Positions 8,404-17,550 of a DNA stretch of 64,000 nt are shown here, in pieces. Source of the stretch: Bixzunavirus cane17 (Duplodnaviria > Heunggongvirae > Uroviricota > Caudoviricetes); the IMG/VR virus record IMGVR_UViG_2974759174_000001. One strand, written 5' to 3'. Under the pieces are notes generated by a model. It did no database searches. It saw nothing but the letters and a program-made list of their open reading frames with translations, and had not been told where the DNA came from. How positions within the stretch are numbered: the stretch's first letter is position 1; every line of letters begins with the position of its first letter. Position numbers and translations under genes: made by a program.

Positions 8404-8759
8404 TCATGGGTATCTCCAGGGGTGCGGTCGTCCAGATCGATGGCGCGTTCAGTATCGATCATCTGTCGGCTCTGGTGGACCGGATGAAGATGTCGGGCGT
8501 CGGCACGACGACGCCGATCGAACTCTGGGGTCAGGGCGATCAGTTAGTCCTGGTCCCGGCGTTCGTCGAGATGCATCTGCGTGAGCAGGGGTGGACGCTG
8601 CTGGTCGGCGTGCATGGTCCCGTCGGCGTCAGAGCTGCGGACCAGGCCAAGGCCAGAGCCCAGGACTCGAAGAAGACCACGACCACGCGTCGTGGCCCGA
8701 TCGGCTGGTTCCAGCGACACTGGAGCGGCGAGGCCTTCAAGGAGAAAGAGTCGTCATGA
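8400..8759 (+). CDS. hypothetical protein (119 aa)
   Basis: ATGA overlap with band-7 gene. Confidence 0.65.
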   Translation: MIMGISRGAVVQIDGAFSIDHLSALVDRMKMSGVGTTTPIELWGQGDQLVLVPAFVEMHLREQGWTLLVGVHGPVGVRAADQAKARAQDSKKTTTTRRGPIGWFQRHWSGEAFKEKESS

Positions 8760-8887
8760 ACTGTCCGAACTGCGACACCGAGCTGACCGACACCACTGAG
8801 AACACCATCATCGACGGCAAGGAGGCCCGTATGCGGGTGCTCGCCTGTCCCAACGGCTGTTTCCGCAGCGCCACACCCGCCCAGTAG
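8756..8887 (+). CDS. zinc-ribbon protein (43 aa)
   Basis: CPNC ... CPNGC; ATGA overlap. Confidence 0.5.
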   Translation: MNCPNCDTELTDTTENTIIDGKEARMRVLACPNGCFRSATPAQ

Positions 8888-9042
8888 CAAACAACCACCC
8901 GGACGAGGATGCCCAGGTCGCTGGGCAACTCGCTCCAGCAAACATGATGTGGATGAATAATCCGAGGTCGAATCCATTATGAGTTACCATTTAAAGATGG
9001 CCCGGATCAAACTGCCACCCACTCAGGCCGGGCGCCGACCGG

Positions 9043-9150
9043 ATGGACGAGGCTGCCAGCTGGACCTACAACCGGATCGGCTACGCCCTGACCGACGTCC
9101 GCAAGGACCTCAAGCGCTGGGACCAGACCGGCGAGTGGCTGGAGGACTGA
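9043..9150 (+). CDS. possible small protein (35 aa, MDEAASWTYNRIGYALTDVRKDLKRWDQTGEWLED)
   Basis: balanced composition versus the overlapping Arg/Pro-rich 8979 frame. Confidence 0.35.
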   Translation: MDEAASWTYNRIGYALTDVRKDLKRWDQTGEWLED

Positions 9151-9311
9151 TGCCCCACACCCCCGACTTTCGCGACCTCGTGATCGCCGACCTCTCCCAG
9201 TACCTGCGTGAGCGCTGTGGCATGAGCGAGGAGACGGCACGGAAGAAGGCCGACCAGCTGCTCGACCAGGCCGTGAAAGATTTTGAGAAATCTTTGGAAT
9301 CCGGGGAATGA
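9150..9311 (+). CDS. small protein (53 aa)
   Basis: RBS GGAGGA, TGATG coupling. Confidence 0.45.
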   Translation: MPHTPDFRDLVIADLSQYLRERCGMSEETARKKADQLLDQAVKDFEKSLESGE

Positions 9312-9375
9312 TCTCTCATACCGCTCCGTTATACTAGGTGTAAGACACAGACACACTCACACAAGGAGCCCCCAA
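9304..9375 (+). promoter_or_regulatory. conserved promoter-leader element (GGGGAATGA box, -10 TATACT, GTGTAAGAC, ACACTCAC leader, AGGAGCC RBS)
   Basis: family member; the box includes the stop codon of the upstream gene. Confidence 0.55.
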
Positions 9376-9624
9376 ATGAACGCCAAGACCGCCACCATCG
9401 TCCAGATCGACGAACTCGCCGCCGCCAACGGCTGGGTCCGCACCGACGAGTGGGACTCCCCCGGATTCCGCACCTGGCAGCGTGGCGAGGACAAGCTGTT
9501 CGTCTCGATCGGCGGCGACTACAGCAAGGTCCGCCCCGTGGTCATCTCGGGCATCCGCTTCAACAAGGCGCCGGTGCGCGGCGGCGACCGCCGGGCCAAG
9601 ATCATCGAGATCCTGAGCGCCTGA
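9376..9624 (+). CDS. hypothetical protein (82 aa)
   Basis: strong RBS AAGGAGCC. Confidence 0.7.
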   Translation: MNAKTATIVQIDELAAANGWVRTDEWDSPGFRTWQRGEDKLFVSIGGDYSKVRPVVISGIRFNKAPVRGGDRRAKIIEILSA

Positions 9625-9627
9625 CCC

Positions 9628-9699
9628 GGGAATGAATCCCCATAACGCGCCGTTATACTGAGTACACCACCACCACCACTCACCCACACAGGAGCCGAA
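9628..9699 (+). promoter_or_regulatory. conserved promoter-leader element (GGGAATGAATCCCC, TATACT)
   Basis: family member. Confidence 0.55.
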
Positions 9700-9963
9700 A
9701 TGTCCAAGGTCATCGTCAACAAGGTCGCCATCGCCCGCTTCCTGCGCGAGCGCGGCATCCCCGCCCGCGAGGCCATCTTCGCCTCGGTCATCCTGGGCGA
9801 CGCGGGCATCGACCTGCCCGAGATCGCCGACTCCTTCGACGTCGCGGTCGAGAACCCGCCCCGCTTCCAGGCGGTCTACGACGCCCTGGAGGCCGCGCAC
9901 GTGCAGGCCCAGTCCCCGACCGCGCTGGCCGACGAACTGGCGCTGAACCGAGTGGAGGTCTGA
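9700..9963 (+). CDS. hypothetical protein (87 aa)
   Basis: RBS CAGGAGCC. Confidence 0.7.
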   Translation: MSKVIVNKVAIARFLRERGIPAREAIFASVILGDAGIDLPEIADSFDVAVENPPRFQAVYDALEAAHVQAQSPTALADELALNRVEV

Positions 9964-10253
9964 TGCCTAACCAGATCCTGCGCAATCGCATCACCGTGGC
10001 CGGACCGGGCCAGCTGTTCGGCGCTATCGACGTCTCGACCGCCGACGCCAACAACTGGATGGTCTTCACCCCCGAGACCTGCCTGTTCTGGGGTCACGGC
10101 AACACCCTGGTCGTCGAGCGCTATGAGACCTGGGACGAGGCGATTTCCGGCCACAGCCGCTGGTACAACAACCCGGCGCGCTGCGTCGAACGCATCCTGG
10201 CCTACAACGCCGAGCGCGATCGGGCCTACCGAGAGGAGTACGAGAATGCGTGA
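9963..10253 (+). CDS. hypothetical protein (96 aa)
   Basis: TGATG coupling. Confidence 0.65.
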   Translation: MPNQILRNRITVAGPGQLFGAIDVSTADANNWMVFTPETCLFWGHGNTLVVERYETWDEAISGHSRWYNNPARCVERILAYNAERDRAYREEYENA

Positions 10254-10491
10254 ATGCAGCTGCCCGGTGCCGGTGATGAACTTCGCTATCCGGTGCTCGG
10301 AGACGGAGGGCCCGTACGGCGAGGATGAGAACTGCGAGGCGTCCTGGCACGCCGAGCCGCCGGTGATCCGGCACTCCTCCAGCGAGGAGGCCATGGCCGA
10401 GGACCTGGAGAACGACGGCTGGCTGGTGCTGCGCGAGCGGAATGGCTGGAGTCTGATCTGCCCGAACTGCCGCAAGCGAGAGGGCCTGTGA
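10246..10491 (+). CDS. Cys-rich zinc-ribbon-like protein (81 aa)
   Basis: CSCPVP ... CPNC; RBS GAGGAG 7 nt upstream. Confidence 0.55.
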   Translation: MRECSCPVPVMNFAIRCSETEGPYGEDENCEASWHAEPPVIRHSSSEEAMAEDLENDGWLVLRERNGWSLICPNCRKREGL

Positions 10492-10673
10492 TGGAAGGGA
10501 TGCATATCGGGCGCAGCTGGGTCGACCACCCTGTGGAAGACGCCTGCTCCTGCCCCAAGGCGCCGTGTGGCCTGGTCATCGCCAGCCAGGCTGTCTGCGA
10601 TGAGCACCGACTCGACGGCGGCAAGACCATGCGTCAGGGCCACTCGGCTGATCATTGCCCCGGGGAGTCCTGA
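10488..10673 (+). CDS. Cys/His-rich small protein (61 aa)
   Basis: GTGA overlap. Confidence 0.5.
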   Translation: MMEGMHIGRSWVDHPVEDACSCPKAPCGLVIASQAVCDEHRLDGGKTMRQGHSADHCPGES

Positions 10674-10924
10674 TGCGCTGGCCCTGGCAGAAGCGCCCGC
10701 TGACACCCGAGCAGCTGGAAGAGGATCGCCGGGTTGCAGTGATCCGGGAGCGATGCCCCCACGTCTCGCGCGCGACGGCCCTGCGCTGGTACGAGGAGGA
10801 CGTCGCGTTCGGACGTTTCGCCGCCGCCGTACTCGACGCCGCCAGCCGGGGCGTGGACACCTCGTTCCTGCACTCCTGCCCGGACCTGCACGCCCTGGCC
10901 CTCATGCACGCGAAAGGCCTGTGA
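10673..10924 (+). CDS. hypothetical protein (83 aa)
   Basis: TGATG overlap, RBS GGGGAG. Confidence 0.55.
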   Translation: MRWPWQKRPLTPEQLEEDRRVAVIRERCPHVSRATALRWYEEDVAFGRFAAAVLDAASRGVDTSFLHSCPDLHALALMHAKGL

Positions 10925-10942
10925 CGCAGAACACACCAGGTC

Positions 10943-11012
10943 GGGAATGATCTGCGGGCATATCCCGTTGATATGAGTGTAAGCGAAACACTCACTCACC
11001 CAGGAGCCCGAA
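10943..11012 (+). promoter_or_regulatory. conserved promoter-leader element (GGGAATGATCTGCGGGCATATCCC, TTGATAT, GTGTAAGCGAAACACTCACTCAC)
   Basis: near-identical to the copy at 11461. Confidence 0.55.
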
Positions 11013-11441
11013 ATGTCCAGCACCCGCAAGGTCCAGGCCACCAACCCCCACACCGGCGCCACCACCGTTCGCACCAGTAAGAGCAAGGTCTACACCCACG
11101 CGCTGGTCGTCAAGCAGAGTGCCCAGGAGTCCTTCATCCTCCCTGCCGGGACCTACACCGTGCCTGCCAAGCGTGTTCGGGGTCGTCACATCCGCTCCTA
11201 CCAGACCACTCTCAGCTTCGACGAGGTCGTGGAGGCCCGCGAGGAGAGCTGGGCCGTGTGGAGCTTCCACACCAGCTATGACGCCGCCGCCAAGGCCGGA
11301 CGCAGCGAGGTCTCGCAGTCTGTGACCCGCAACGACGAGGAGAAGGCCATCTACGGCGACCTGGCTGCCAAGCGGACCCCGTTCATCGGCGACTTCGAGG
11401 TCGTCGAGGTCGAGGTCCTCGACGAGGGCTTCAATGCCTGA
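11013..11441 (+). CDS. hypothetical protein (142 aa)
   Basis: RBS CAGGAGCC. Confidence 0.7.
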   Translation: MSSTRKVQATNPHTGATTVRTSKSKVYTHALVVKQSAQESFILPAGTYTVPAKRVRGRHIRSYQTTLSFDEVVEAREESWAVWSFHTSYDAAAKAGRSEVSQSVTRNDEEKAIYGDLAAKRTPFIGDFEVVEVEVLDEGFNA

Positions 11442-11460
11442 GACGCGGATCACATGCCCC

Positions 11461-11532
11461 GGGGAATGATCCTGAGGCATATCCCGTTGATATAAGTGTA
11501 AGCGAAACACTCACTCACTCAAGGAGCTCACG
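11461..11532 (+). promoter_or_regulatory. conserved promoter-leader element
   Basis: family member. Confidence 0.55.
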
Positions 11533-11820
11533 ATGATCACTCTCGCCGCCGCCCCCGCCAGCATCAACCTCGCCGACTACAACGAGGTCCGCCTCGTCGG
11601 CAACGTCCGCACCGGCGACATCCTGAGCCGCGATGGTCACCTGCTGGTGGTCACCAAGGTGGTCCGCACCGCCAAGACCATCGAGATCCGCGCCGAGAAC
11701 GCCAATGGCGAGGCCGAGTACGGCAAGCGCCTGTGGACCAGCAAGCACCGCAGCTCGACCCCGGTCGCCCGGGCCCTCGGCGACACCACTCACATCTTCC
11801 GGAAGGCGGTATGGGCGTGA
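11533..11820 (+). CDS. hypothetical protein (95 aa)
   Basis: RBS AAGGAGC. Confidence 0.7.
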   Translation: MITLAAAPASINLADYNEVRLVGNVRTGDILSRDGHLLVVTKVVRTAKTIEIRAENANGEAEYGKRLWTSKHRSSTPVARALGDTTHIFRKAVWA

Positions 11821-12086
11821 GCACCAAGACCAACACCGAACTGGCTCAGATGATCGACGCGTTCGCCCTGAACGCCGTCACGACCTCCGACGCTCTCGAC
11901 AACGTCCTGGAGTCCCTCGACGACCTGCTCTACCAGGCCGCGTATGCCAGCGACACCGGCCTGCCGATCAACCGCGACCAGGCTGGCGGCGCCGTCATCG
12001 AGGTCCAGGACGGCCTGACCCGGCTGCGCCAGGCGATGGAGCAGCTGCGCGACGAGCTGCGGCCCCACCTCGGGGACCGGTCCTGA
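11811..12086 (+). CDS. hypothetical protein (91 aa)
   Basis: 10-nt overlap with upstream gene. Confidence 0.6.
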   Translation: MGVSTKTNTELAQMIDAFALNAVTTSDALDNVLESLDDLLYQAAYASDTGLPINRDQAGGAVIEVQDGLTRLRQAMEQLRDELRPHLGDRS

Positions 12087-12262
12087 TGGCCCTCAAGAAC
12101 CTCCAGCACTACAGTCCGGAGGAGTTACGCCTGATTCTCGACGTGCTCGTCGACGTCCACGAGTACGGTCAGCAGAACGACCGTGAGGAGATCATGGGAT
12201 ACCTGACCCAGCGCAAGCGCACCGTGCGCAACCGGCTCAAGGCCGTCAAGAATCGGGAATGA
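12086..12262 (+). CDS. hypothetical protein (58 aa)
   Basis: TGATG overlap; its stop lies inside the next GGGAATGA box. Confidence 0.55.
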   Translation: MALKNLQHYSPEELRLILDVLVDVHEYGQQNDREEIMGYLTQRKRTVRNRLKAVKNRE

Positions 12263-12326
12263 ATACCCATACCACTGCGTTATATTCAGTGTAAGACACA
12301 CTCAGTCACCCAGAAAGGCCAGAGCC
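12255..12326 (+). promoter_or_regulatory. conserved promoter-leader element (GGGAATGAATACCC, -10 TATATT)
   Basis: family member. Confidence 0.55.
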
Positions 12327-12692
12327 ATGACCCAGACCTTCGTCCGCATCAACGCCCGTCGCGCCGAGCTCCGCGAGTTCGCCGAGGCCCACGGCTGGAC
12401 CAACGTGAGCATCTACCAGTACCACGACCGGTTCGAGCGGACGATCACTCTCGACGCCGACGAGCCGATGGCCAGGGTTGCCGCGTCCATGGGCTGGGAG
12501 CTCAAGGAGTCGCTCTACGTCGGCTACACCCACGACAACCGCGTTCACGACGTCGCCTACCACTCGCCCGCCGACCAGGCCGCACTCGACGGCAGCTTCG
12601 TCACCAGCCACGTCGCCAAGGGCACCAACAAGCGCGACAAGGCCTTCGCCCACCTGGCCCAGCCCGCCTGGACCCCCGCGCGAGACGCCTAG
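12327..12692 (+). CDS. hypothetical protein (121 aa)
   Basis: ORF after element. Confidence 0.7.
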   Translation: MTQTFVRINARRAELREFAEAHGWTNVSIYQYHDRFERTITLDADEPMARVAASMGWELKESLYVGYTHDNRVHDVAYHSPADQAALDGSFVTSHVAKGTNKRDKAFAHLAQPAWTPARDA

Positions 12693-12728
12693 CCCACACA
12701 TCACTCATTCACGCAGTCAGGAGTCATC

Positions 12729-12989
12729 ATGAAGGTCACCGTCACTGCCGAATGGCAGGAGTTTCATCGCAACGACGTCCACGGTCATAGGATCGAAGTC
12801 GCCGGATACACCGCCGTCGTCGAGCAGGTGTCCAAGGCTGACTGGAAGAACGGTGACTACTCGCCGGTCTGGCAGTTCACCGTACTGCAAGACCATCTGC
12901 GCATCGTCGAGGTCGGACAGCGTGACGCCCTGCAGGACGCCAAGAGCGCCGCCGAGGCCGTCATTCAGGCTGACATCCAGAGGAATTAA
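12729..12989 (+). CDS. hypothetical protein (86 aa)
   Basis: RBS CAGGAG. Confidence 0.65.
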   Translation: MKVTVTAEWQEFHRNDVHGHRIEVAGYTAVVEQVSKADWKNGDYSPVWQFTVLQDHLRIVEVGQRDALQDAKSAAEAVIQADIQRN

Positions 12990-13052
12990 CTGAGATACCC
13001 ACGTGTTATACTCAGTGCACACCACCACACAGACACCCACAGGAGAATGACA
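12982..13052 (+). promoter_or_regulatory. promoter-leader element variant (GGAATTAA box, TATACT)
   Basis: family member. Confidence 0.45.
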
Positions 13053-13292
13053 ATGGCGCTCCCTACCCTCACCTGGCGCACCGAGACCAACGGGCGCAAG
13101 AAGGTCGCCACCACCCACCTGCGCACCAAGTACATCCTGGAGAAGATCGACGGCACCTGGGTCGCCCTGGTAACCGTCCCCCAGACCCGCAACCGCATCG
13201 GCGGAGGCACCGAGACCCTGGTGTCCGGCGTGACCTTCGCCCAGGCCCGCGCTGCCGCTCTGGACGACTACAAGCGCAACGGAGGCAACTGA
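13053..13292 (+). CDS. hypothetical protein (79 aa)
   Basis: second ATG chosen (AGGAGA spacing 6); the first ATG at 13047 abuts the RBS. Confidence 0.65.
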   Translation: MALPTLTWRTETNGRKKVATTHLRTKYILEKIDGTWVALVTVPQTRNRIGGGTETLVSGVTFAQARAAALDDYKRNGGN

Positions 13293-13293
13293 G

Positions 13294-13599
13294 ATGGCCA
13301 AGATCACCGAGAGCCCGCTGGGCATCTACCTCAAGCGTGGCGTGAGCGTCAGCATGGACGTCTTCTACCACGACCTGGGTCTGGTGATTCCGCAGAAGCA
13401 TGTCGGCCAGCCCAAGCACGACTGGGTCGAGGTGTCCCGAGCCCGTGTCTTCCGCCCCCGCATCGTCACGATGCCCCAGGGGGAGGACTGGGTGCCGGTC
13501 GGCGGTGTCGAGCACGCCCGCACCGATGCCACCATCACCACCGACGAGCTGGCCTACCAGCTTCGTCGGGTCGCGCGCGCCCTGATGCCCAAACACTGA
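13294..13599 (+). CDS. hypothetical protein (101 aa)
   Basis: RBS GGAGGC. Confidence 0.65.
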   Translation: MAKITESPLGIYLKRGVSVSMDVFYHDLGLVIPQKHVGQPKHDWVEVSRARVFRPRIVTMPQGEDWVPVGGVEHARTDATITTDELAYQLRRVARALMPKH

Positions 13600-13613
13600 A
13601 AGGACTTACCCAC

Positions 13614-14054
13614 ATGGCTTACTATCGACTGCCCGCCGACGCCGACCCTGAGACTCGAATGGTCCCCGGCCCGGTCTACTACAAGATCAACAAGACCCCG
13701 GCCAGCTATCGGGACGATTACAACCTGTTCTACATGGACCTCGGTCGGCTCGACGGCTACAAGAATCCCAGTGCCTGGCTGGGCTTTGACACCCGCGCCG
13801 AGGCCGTCGAGTACGCCGAGAGCCGGGGCTGGATCAAGGTGGACAGCTGGAAGCAGGCCAGGGAGCTGGCCAAGCCCCACCTCGAAGAGCGGGCCCGGCT
13901 GCGGGAGGAGCGTGCCCGCGAGCGCGACCGTCAGACCTTCACCAATCCTGCTGCCGTCGGCATCGCCGTGAGCGACCTGGTCGCCGGAGGCCCCGGGATC
14001 AGGGTCTGGGTCGGCGCGGACGGCCAGATGCGCATGATCAAGGAGAAGAGCTGA
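13614..14054 (+). CDS. hypothetical protein (146 aa)
   Basis: RBS GAAAGGA. Confidence 0.7.
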   Translation: MAYYRLPADADPETRMVPGPVYYKINKTPASYRDDYNLFYMDLGRLDGYKNPSAWLGFDTRAEAVEYAESRGWIKVDSWKQARELAKPHLEERARLREERARERDRQTFTNPAAVGIAVSDLVAGGPGIRVWVGADGQMRMIKEKS

Positions 14055-14269
14055 TGCCCAAGCTGTCCGAGCTGTCCAACGAATCGGTCTACCATGCCGC
14101 CGAGGTCGCGCTGAAGCAGTACCGGCTGCTGACTGAGGGGGGATCTTCCTCGCCGCGCCTCTGGGAGGCCTACCGCGTCAGCGCCGAGGAGTGGACCGCG
14201 CTGGCCCTGGAGCGGCTGCGTGCGGCCAAGGACGGCGGCACGATCGATCTACCCACCAGGGAGACCTGA
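14054..14269 (+). CDS. hypothetical protein (71 aa)
   Basis: TGATG overlap. Confidence 0.6.
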   Translation: MPKLSELSNESVYHAAEVALKQYRLLTEGGSSSPRLWEAYRVSAEEWTALALERLRAAKDGGTIDLPTRET

Positions 14270-14466
14270 TGCCCGCCACGAGGATGCAGATGGTTCGGGG
14301 CGGCAGGACCGTCCTGAAGTACTCGGTCAGCATCCCGGGACACTGGGACCAGGTCGACGATGAGGTGCGTGCGGCCTGGAACCGGGCCACCCACGCCCTG
14401 GGCGAACTGGCCGCACTGATCGAAGAACGCGCTGCCGACGAAGCTGAGGAGGAGTTCAACTCATAG
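14269..14466 (+). CDS. hypothetical protein (65 aa)
   Basis: TGATG overlap. Confidence 0.55.
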   Translation: MPATRMQMVRGGRTVLKYSVSIPGHWDQVDDEVRAAWNRATHALGELAALIEERAADEAEEEFNS

Positions 14467-14471
14467 CATCC

Positions 14472-14538
14472 GGGAATGGATGCGGCTATAGTCGCGTTAC
14501 GCATCACGTATCGCCCACCACACACGCAGGAGCACCCC
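14472..14538 (+). promoter_or_regulatory. promoter-leader element variant (GGGAATGG, -10 TATAGT)
   Basis: family member. Confidence 0.5.
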
Positions 14539-14769
14539 ATGTTCGTTCTCTCCCTCACCCCGACCGGCACCGTCGACACTCAGCGCACCGAGCACCCCAA
14601 CCTCGTCGAGGCCCGCCGGGCCCTGACCGAGTTCGCCCGGGCGCGCGGGCTGCGCCTCAACACCAACGACACCGGCGCCGGTGTGGGCCGGGGCTCGCTG
14701 AGCTACTCGCCCTCCGGCACCTTCCACCAGGCCACCCATACCTGGGTCATCGACGAGAAGGAGGCCTGA
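14539..14769 (+). CDS. hypothetical protein (76 aa)
   Basis: RBS GCAGGAGC before ATG 14539. Confidence 0.65.
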   Translation: MFVLSLTPTGTVDTQRTEHPNLVEARRALTEFARARGLRLNTNDTGAGVGRGSLSYSPSGTFHQATHTWVIDEKEA

Positions 14770-14868
14770 GCACCGCGAGGTCCTCAACCGGATGGCTCGC
14801 GAGCTGCGCGAGCGGTTCGTTCCCGACGAGACCGCCTGACCCCTCACCCACGAGAGAAGGAGAAACTC

Positions 14869-15171
14869 ATGGCCCGATCCAAGGTGGTGTCCATCCAGGC
14901 CACCCCGCGCCGGTCCTACAAGTCCTCGACGGCCAAGATCCAGGCCGAGACCCTGCGTAAGGCCTCGCGCGCCGGGCTGCCCTGGGAGGACGACGAGGTC
15001 GCCCGCCTGGCCCAGGGCATCGCTGCCGACGAGACCAGCCGCGAGATCGCGCTGTCGCTCGGGCGCACCTATTACGGCGTGATGGGCGCGCGCACCCACG
15101 TGCGCTTCGCGCTGGACCACTGGGACGCGCTGGCGCCGGTGGCCAAGGACGCCCGGAAGAAGGTGCGCTAG
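14869..15171 (+). CDS. hypothetical protein (100 aa)
   Basis: RBS GAGAGAAGGAGAAA. Confidence 0.7.
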   Translation: MARSKVVSIQATPRRSYKSSTAKIQAETLRKASRAGLPWEDDEVARLAQGIAADETSREIALSLGRTYYGVMGARTHVRFALDHWDALAPVAKDARKKVR

Positions 15172-15311
15172 TGGACCCGAACCAAACCCTCGGCGACCTG
15201 CGCGACTGCATCGAAGGCGAGCGCTGGGACGAGGCTGCCGAGTACTTCCAGGCCCTCGACACCTGGCTGACTCAGGGCGGCTTTCTGCCGACAGATTGGG
15301 CGCGTCGATGA
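15171..15311 (+). CDS. small protein (46 aa)
   Basis: GTG overlapping TAG; ATGA coupling downstream. Confidence 0.4.
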   Translation: MDPNQTLGDLRDCIEGERWDEAAEYFQALDTWLTQGGFLPTDWARR

Positions 15312-15559
15312 CCATCACCAATCCCAAGCATCAGTTTCGCCTGGTCTTCAAGACCTGGCTGGGCAACTACAAGGGCGAGCAGCCGTTCACCAGCGCGCCG
15401 CAACGCAACCTCGACGAGGTGATCGACCTGGTCCGCCAGACTCAGGCCAGCGCGCTGCATCCGCACATCCGCAGCTATGTCGTGCAGGAGAACCTCGGCA
15501 CTACCCACGCCCCGCACTGGGTCACCCTGGACCTCTCAGACTGGATGGACCTGCTGTGA
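15308..15559 (+). CDS. hypothetical protein (83 aa)
   Basis: ATGA coupling. Confidence 0.6.
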   Translation: MTITNPKHQFRLVFKTWLGNYKGEQPFTSAPQRNLDEVIDLVRQTQASALHPHIRSYVVQENLGTTHAPHWVTLDLSDWMDLL

Positions 15560-15882
15560 GTAAACCCCCACTTCGCTACATCACCGCCGACGGCGTCCTT
15601 TGGTACCCGGTCAGTGCCGAGCACGGCGGTTCGATGGCTTTCGCCCGGGTGAGTGACGTCGACGCAGGCCTGGGGCCGGGTTACCTGTCGCTCAACGAGG
15701 TCCTTCGACAACATGGCGCCCTGGAGATCTATGACCCGATCGTGCATACAGCGCGAATCCTGATGGCCGCTGCCGAGGAGGTCGGTCGCGAGATGTCGCA
15801 GTCAACTGCCGAGGACCTCGTCGTAGGCCTGAAGAACCTGGGCCGGGAGATCGTCAAAGTGACCGACGACACGCCGGATTAG
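15556..15882 (+). CDS. hypothetical protein (108 aa)
   Basis: GTGA coupling. Confidence 0.6.
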   Translation: MSKPPLRYITADGVLWYPVSAEHGGSMAFARVSDVDAGLGPGYLSLNEVLRQHGALEIYDPIVHTARILMAAAEEVGREMSQSTAEDLVVGLKNLGREIVKVTDDTPD

Positions 15883-15894
15883 GTCATGGCAGCG

Positions 15895-15962
15895 GGGAAT
15901 GAACCCAGGTAAAGTGTGGTTGTAGAAGGTGTAAGGCACTCACACACACAAGGAGCCCCGAA
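15895..15962 (+). promoter_or_regulatory. conserved promoter-leader element (GGGGAATGAACCC, TAAAGT)
   Basis: family member. Confidence 0.5.
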
Positions 15963-16250
15963 ATGAACGCCACCACCACCTCCCCCGCCGTCACCATCAA
16001 CGCGCTGCAGGTTGCCGCAACTGCCTTTGGCTGGCACGCGCAGTCTGCCCGTTTCGACAGCTACTACGAGGAGACCTCCTACGGATTCGTCCGGGGGGCC
16101 GAGAAGGTCGTGGTGATCGTCAACGGTTCCGACGTGGTCACCCACTACAGCTGGACCGACAGCGCCAGCGATAGCTGGACGGTCGCTGGCGAGAACAGCG
16201 ACGTCCCGCCCTCCCATCTGGCGCTGGTTCGACTGAGCCAGGTCGACTGA
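15963..16250 (+). CDS. hypothetical protein (95 aa)
   Basis: RBS AAGGAGCC. Confidence 0.7.
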   Translation: MNATTTSPAVTINALQVAATAFGWHAQSARFDSYYEETSYGFVRGAEKVVVIVNGSDVVTHYSWTDSASDSWTVAGENSDVPPSHLALVRLSQVD

Positions 16251-16256
16251 TCTCCG

Positions 16257-16295
16257 CCTCCCCACCCCGGGTGATACGGCCCCGGGGCGGGGAGG
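16257..16295 (+). terminator. GC-rich hairpin (CCTCCCCACCCCGGG-loop-CCCCGGGGCGGGGAGG), likely an intrinsic terminator without a U-tract
   Basis: 15-bp stem with one mismatch. Confidence 0.5.
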
Positions 16296-16340
16296 TCACC
16301 AACCTACCGAATACCCACTTCACACGAAGGAGCCACCACC

Positions 16341-17036
16341 ATGGGCGCACGAGCCAACTTCCTCCAGACCGTCCGGGTCCACGGCTGGGAGCCCGACCCC
16401 CGCCAGACCGTCACGCGTAACTGGTCGGACCGGGAGCGGGTGCAGGACCCGCATGCGTTCACCAAGCCCGCCGCCCACGGCGGCACCTGGCACATCTACC
16501 TGGACTACCGCAATCGGTCCAGCTACCACCAGAACTACGACGACACGCTGCGCAAGGTCGAGGTCCGTCACCGCGATGCCGAAGGCGAGGTCACCCTGCA
16601 ACGCACGCTGGTGCGGCCTGACAGCTACTACACCTCTGTCCCGTTGTGGACGGCCACCGATGACCCGGCCAAGCCCAATGGCGGGTCGCTGCGCGAGCAT
16701 GCCACCCTGCTGGTGGCCGACGTCGACCTGGTGGCGTGGCTGGCCGAGGAGGTCCAGCACAGGATCGAACTGCAAGACCGGGCCGAGCGGGAGCGCCGCA
16801 AGCAGGATCGCCGTGAGCGCGCACGTCCGCTGCCGCTGACCCCGGAGGGCCAGCAGGACTGGCGGCGACGCAAGAGCGAGTTCAAGGACGCCGCCAGCAA
16901 GATCTGGGATGCCGACGGCAAGAGCGATCTGGCCGAGCTGATCGTGGCCGCGCGCCGGGCCCTGGCCCGCGTCGAGGACGCCGTTGACGCCGACGTGCAG
17001 GCGCGCATCGAGGCCCTGGAGACGGTGAACGTCTAG
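16341..17036 (+). CDS. hypothetical protein (231 aa)
   Basis: RBS GAAGGAGCC. Confidence 0.75.
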   Translation: MGARANFLQTVRVHGWEPDPRQTVTRNWSDRERVQDPHAFTKPAAHGGTWHIYLDYRNRSSYHQNYDDTLRKVEVRHRDAEGEVTLQRTLVRPDSYYTSVPLWTATDDPAKPNGGSLREHATLLVADVDLVAWLAEEVQHRIELQDRAERERRKQDRRERARPLPLTPEGQQDWRRRKSEFKDAASKIWDADGKSDLAELIVAARRALARVEDAVDADVQARIEALETVNV

Positions 17037-17347
17037 TGGGCGCCCAGCTGACCTCCGACGAGCTGGCAGGAGCGGCGATGAGGCCGCGCTACCAGCAGTT
17101 GACGCCGGTGATCGACTACGAGGCCGCGCTGCGCCGGTTTCTCGCCGAGGAACTGCCGCCGGACACCATCTTCGACGCCGAACACCTCAACCTGGGCCTG
17201 CAGCTCGTCATCGAGTTCAATCGCGACATCTGGCAGCACCGCGTCCCGAGCACCTGGGAGATGGTGCTCGCCGACCGGGCCGGACGTCTCGAAGAGCACA
17301 TCGCCGAGATCGAGGCCGAGTACCAACGAAGCAAGGAGAAGAAATGA
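17036..17347 (+). CDS. hypothetical protein (103 aa)
   Basis: GTG overlapping TAG. Confidence 0.6.
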   Translation: MGAQLTSDELAGAAMRPRYQQLTPVIDYEAALRRFLAEELPPDTIFDAEHLNLGLQLVIEFNRDIWQHRVPSTWEMVLADRAGRLEEHIAEIEAEYQRSKEKK

Positions 17348-17550
17348 CAACCAGCGTTGTCCACAATCAGCTGCAGGTCGAGCTGATCCACAAGGTCACC
17401 GAGGGCATGGAGGCCAACGGGTGGTCTCAGGGCGATCTGGAGCGCCATTCGGGCGTGGCCCAGCCCAACATCAGCAACCTGCTGTCCGGCAAGCGTCTGG
17501 GCACCCTGAGCACGTGGAATAAGTTGCTCAGAGCGGTCGAGGCGCCATGA
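17344..17550 (+). CDS. helix-turn-helix (XRE-like) DNA-binding protein (68 aa)
   Basis: GWSQGDLERHSGVAQPNISNLLSGKR is a typical HTH_3 signature. Confidence 0.7.
   Translation: MTTSVVHNQLQVELIHKVTEGMEANGWSQGDLERHSGVAQPNISNLLSGKRLGTLSTWNKLLRAVEAP

Noticed and set aside
8979-9311. 110-aa ORF from the track
   Set aside because: The first 57 residues are Arg/Pro/Gly-rich and look off-frame. Replaced by two shorter ORFs (9043-9150 and 9150-9311). Uncertain.
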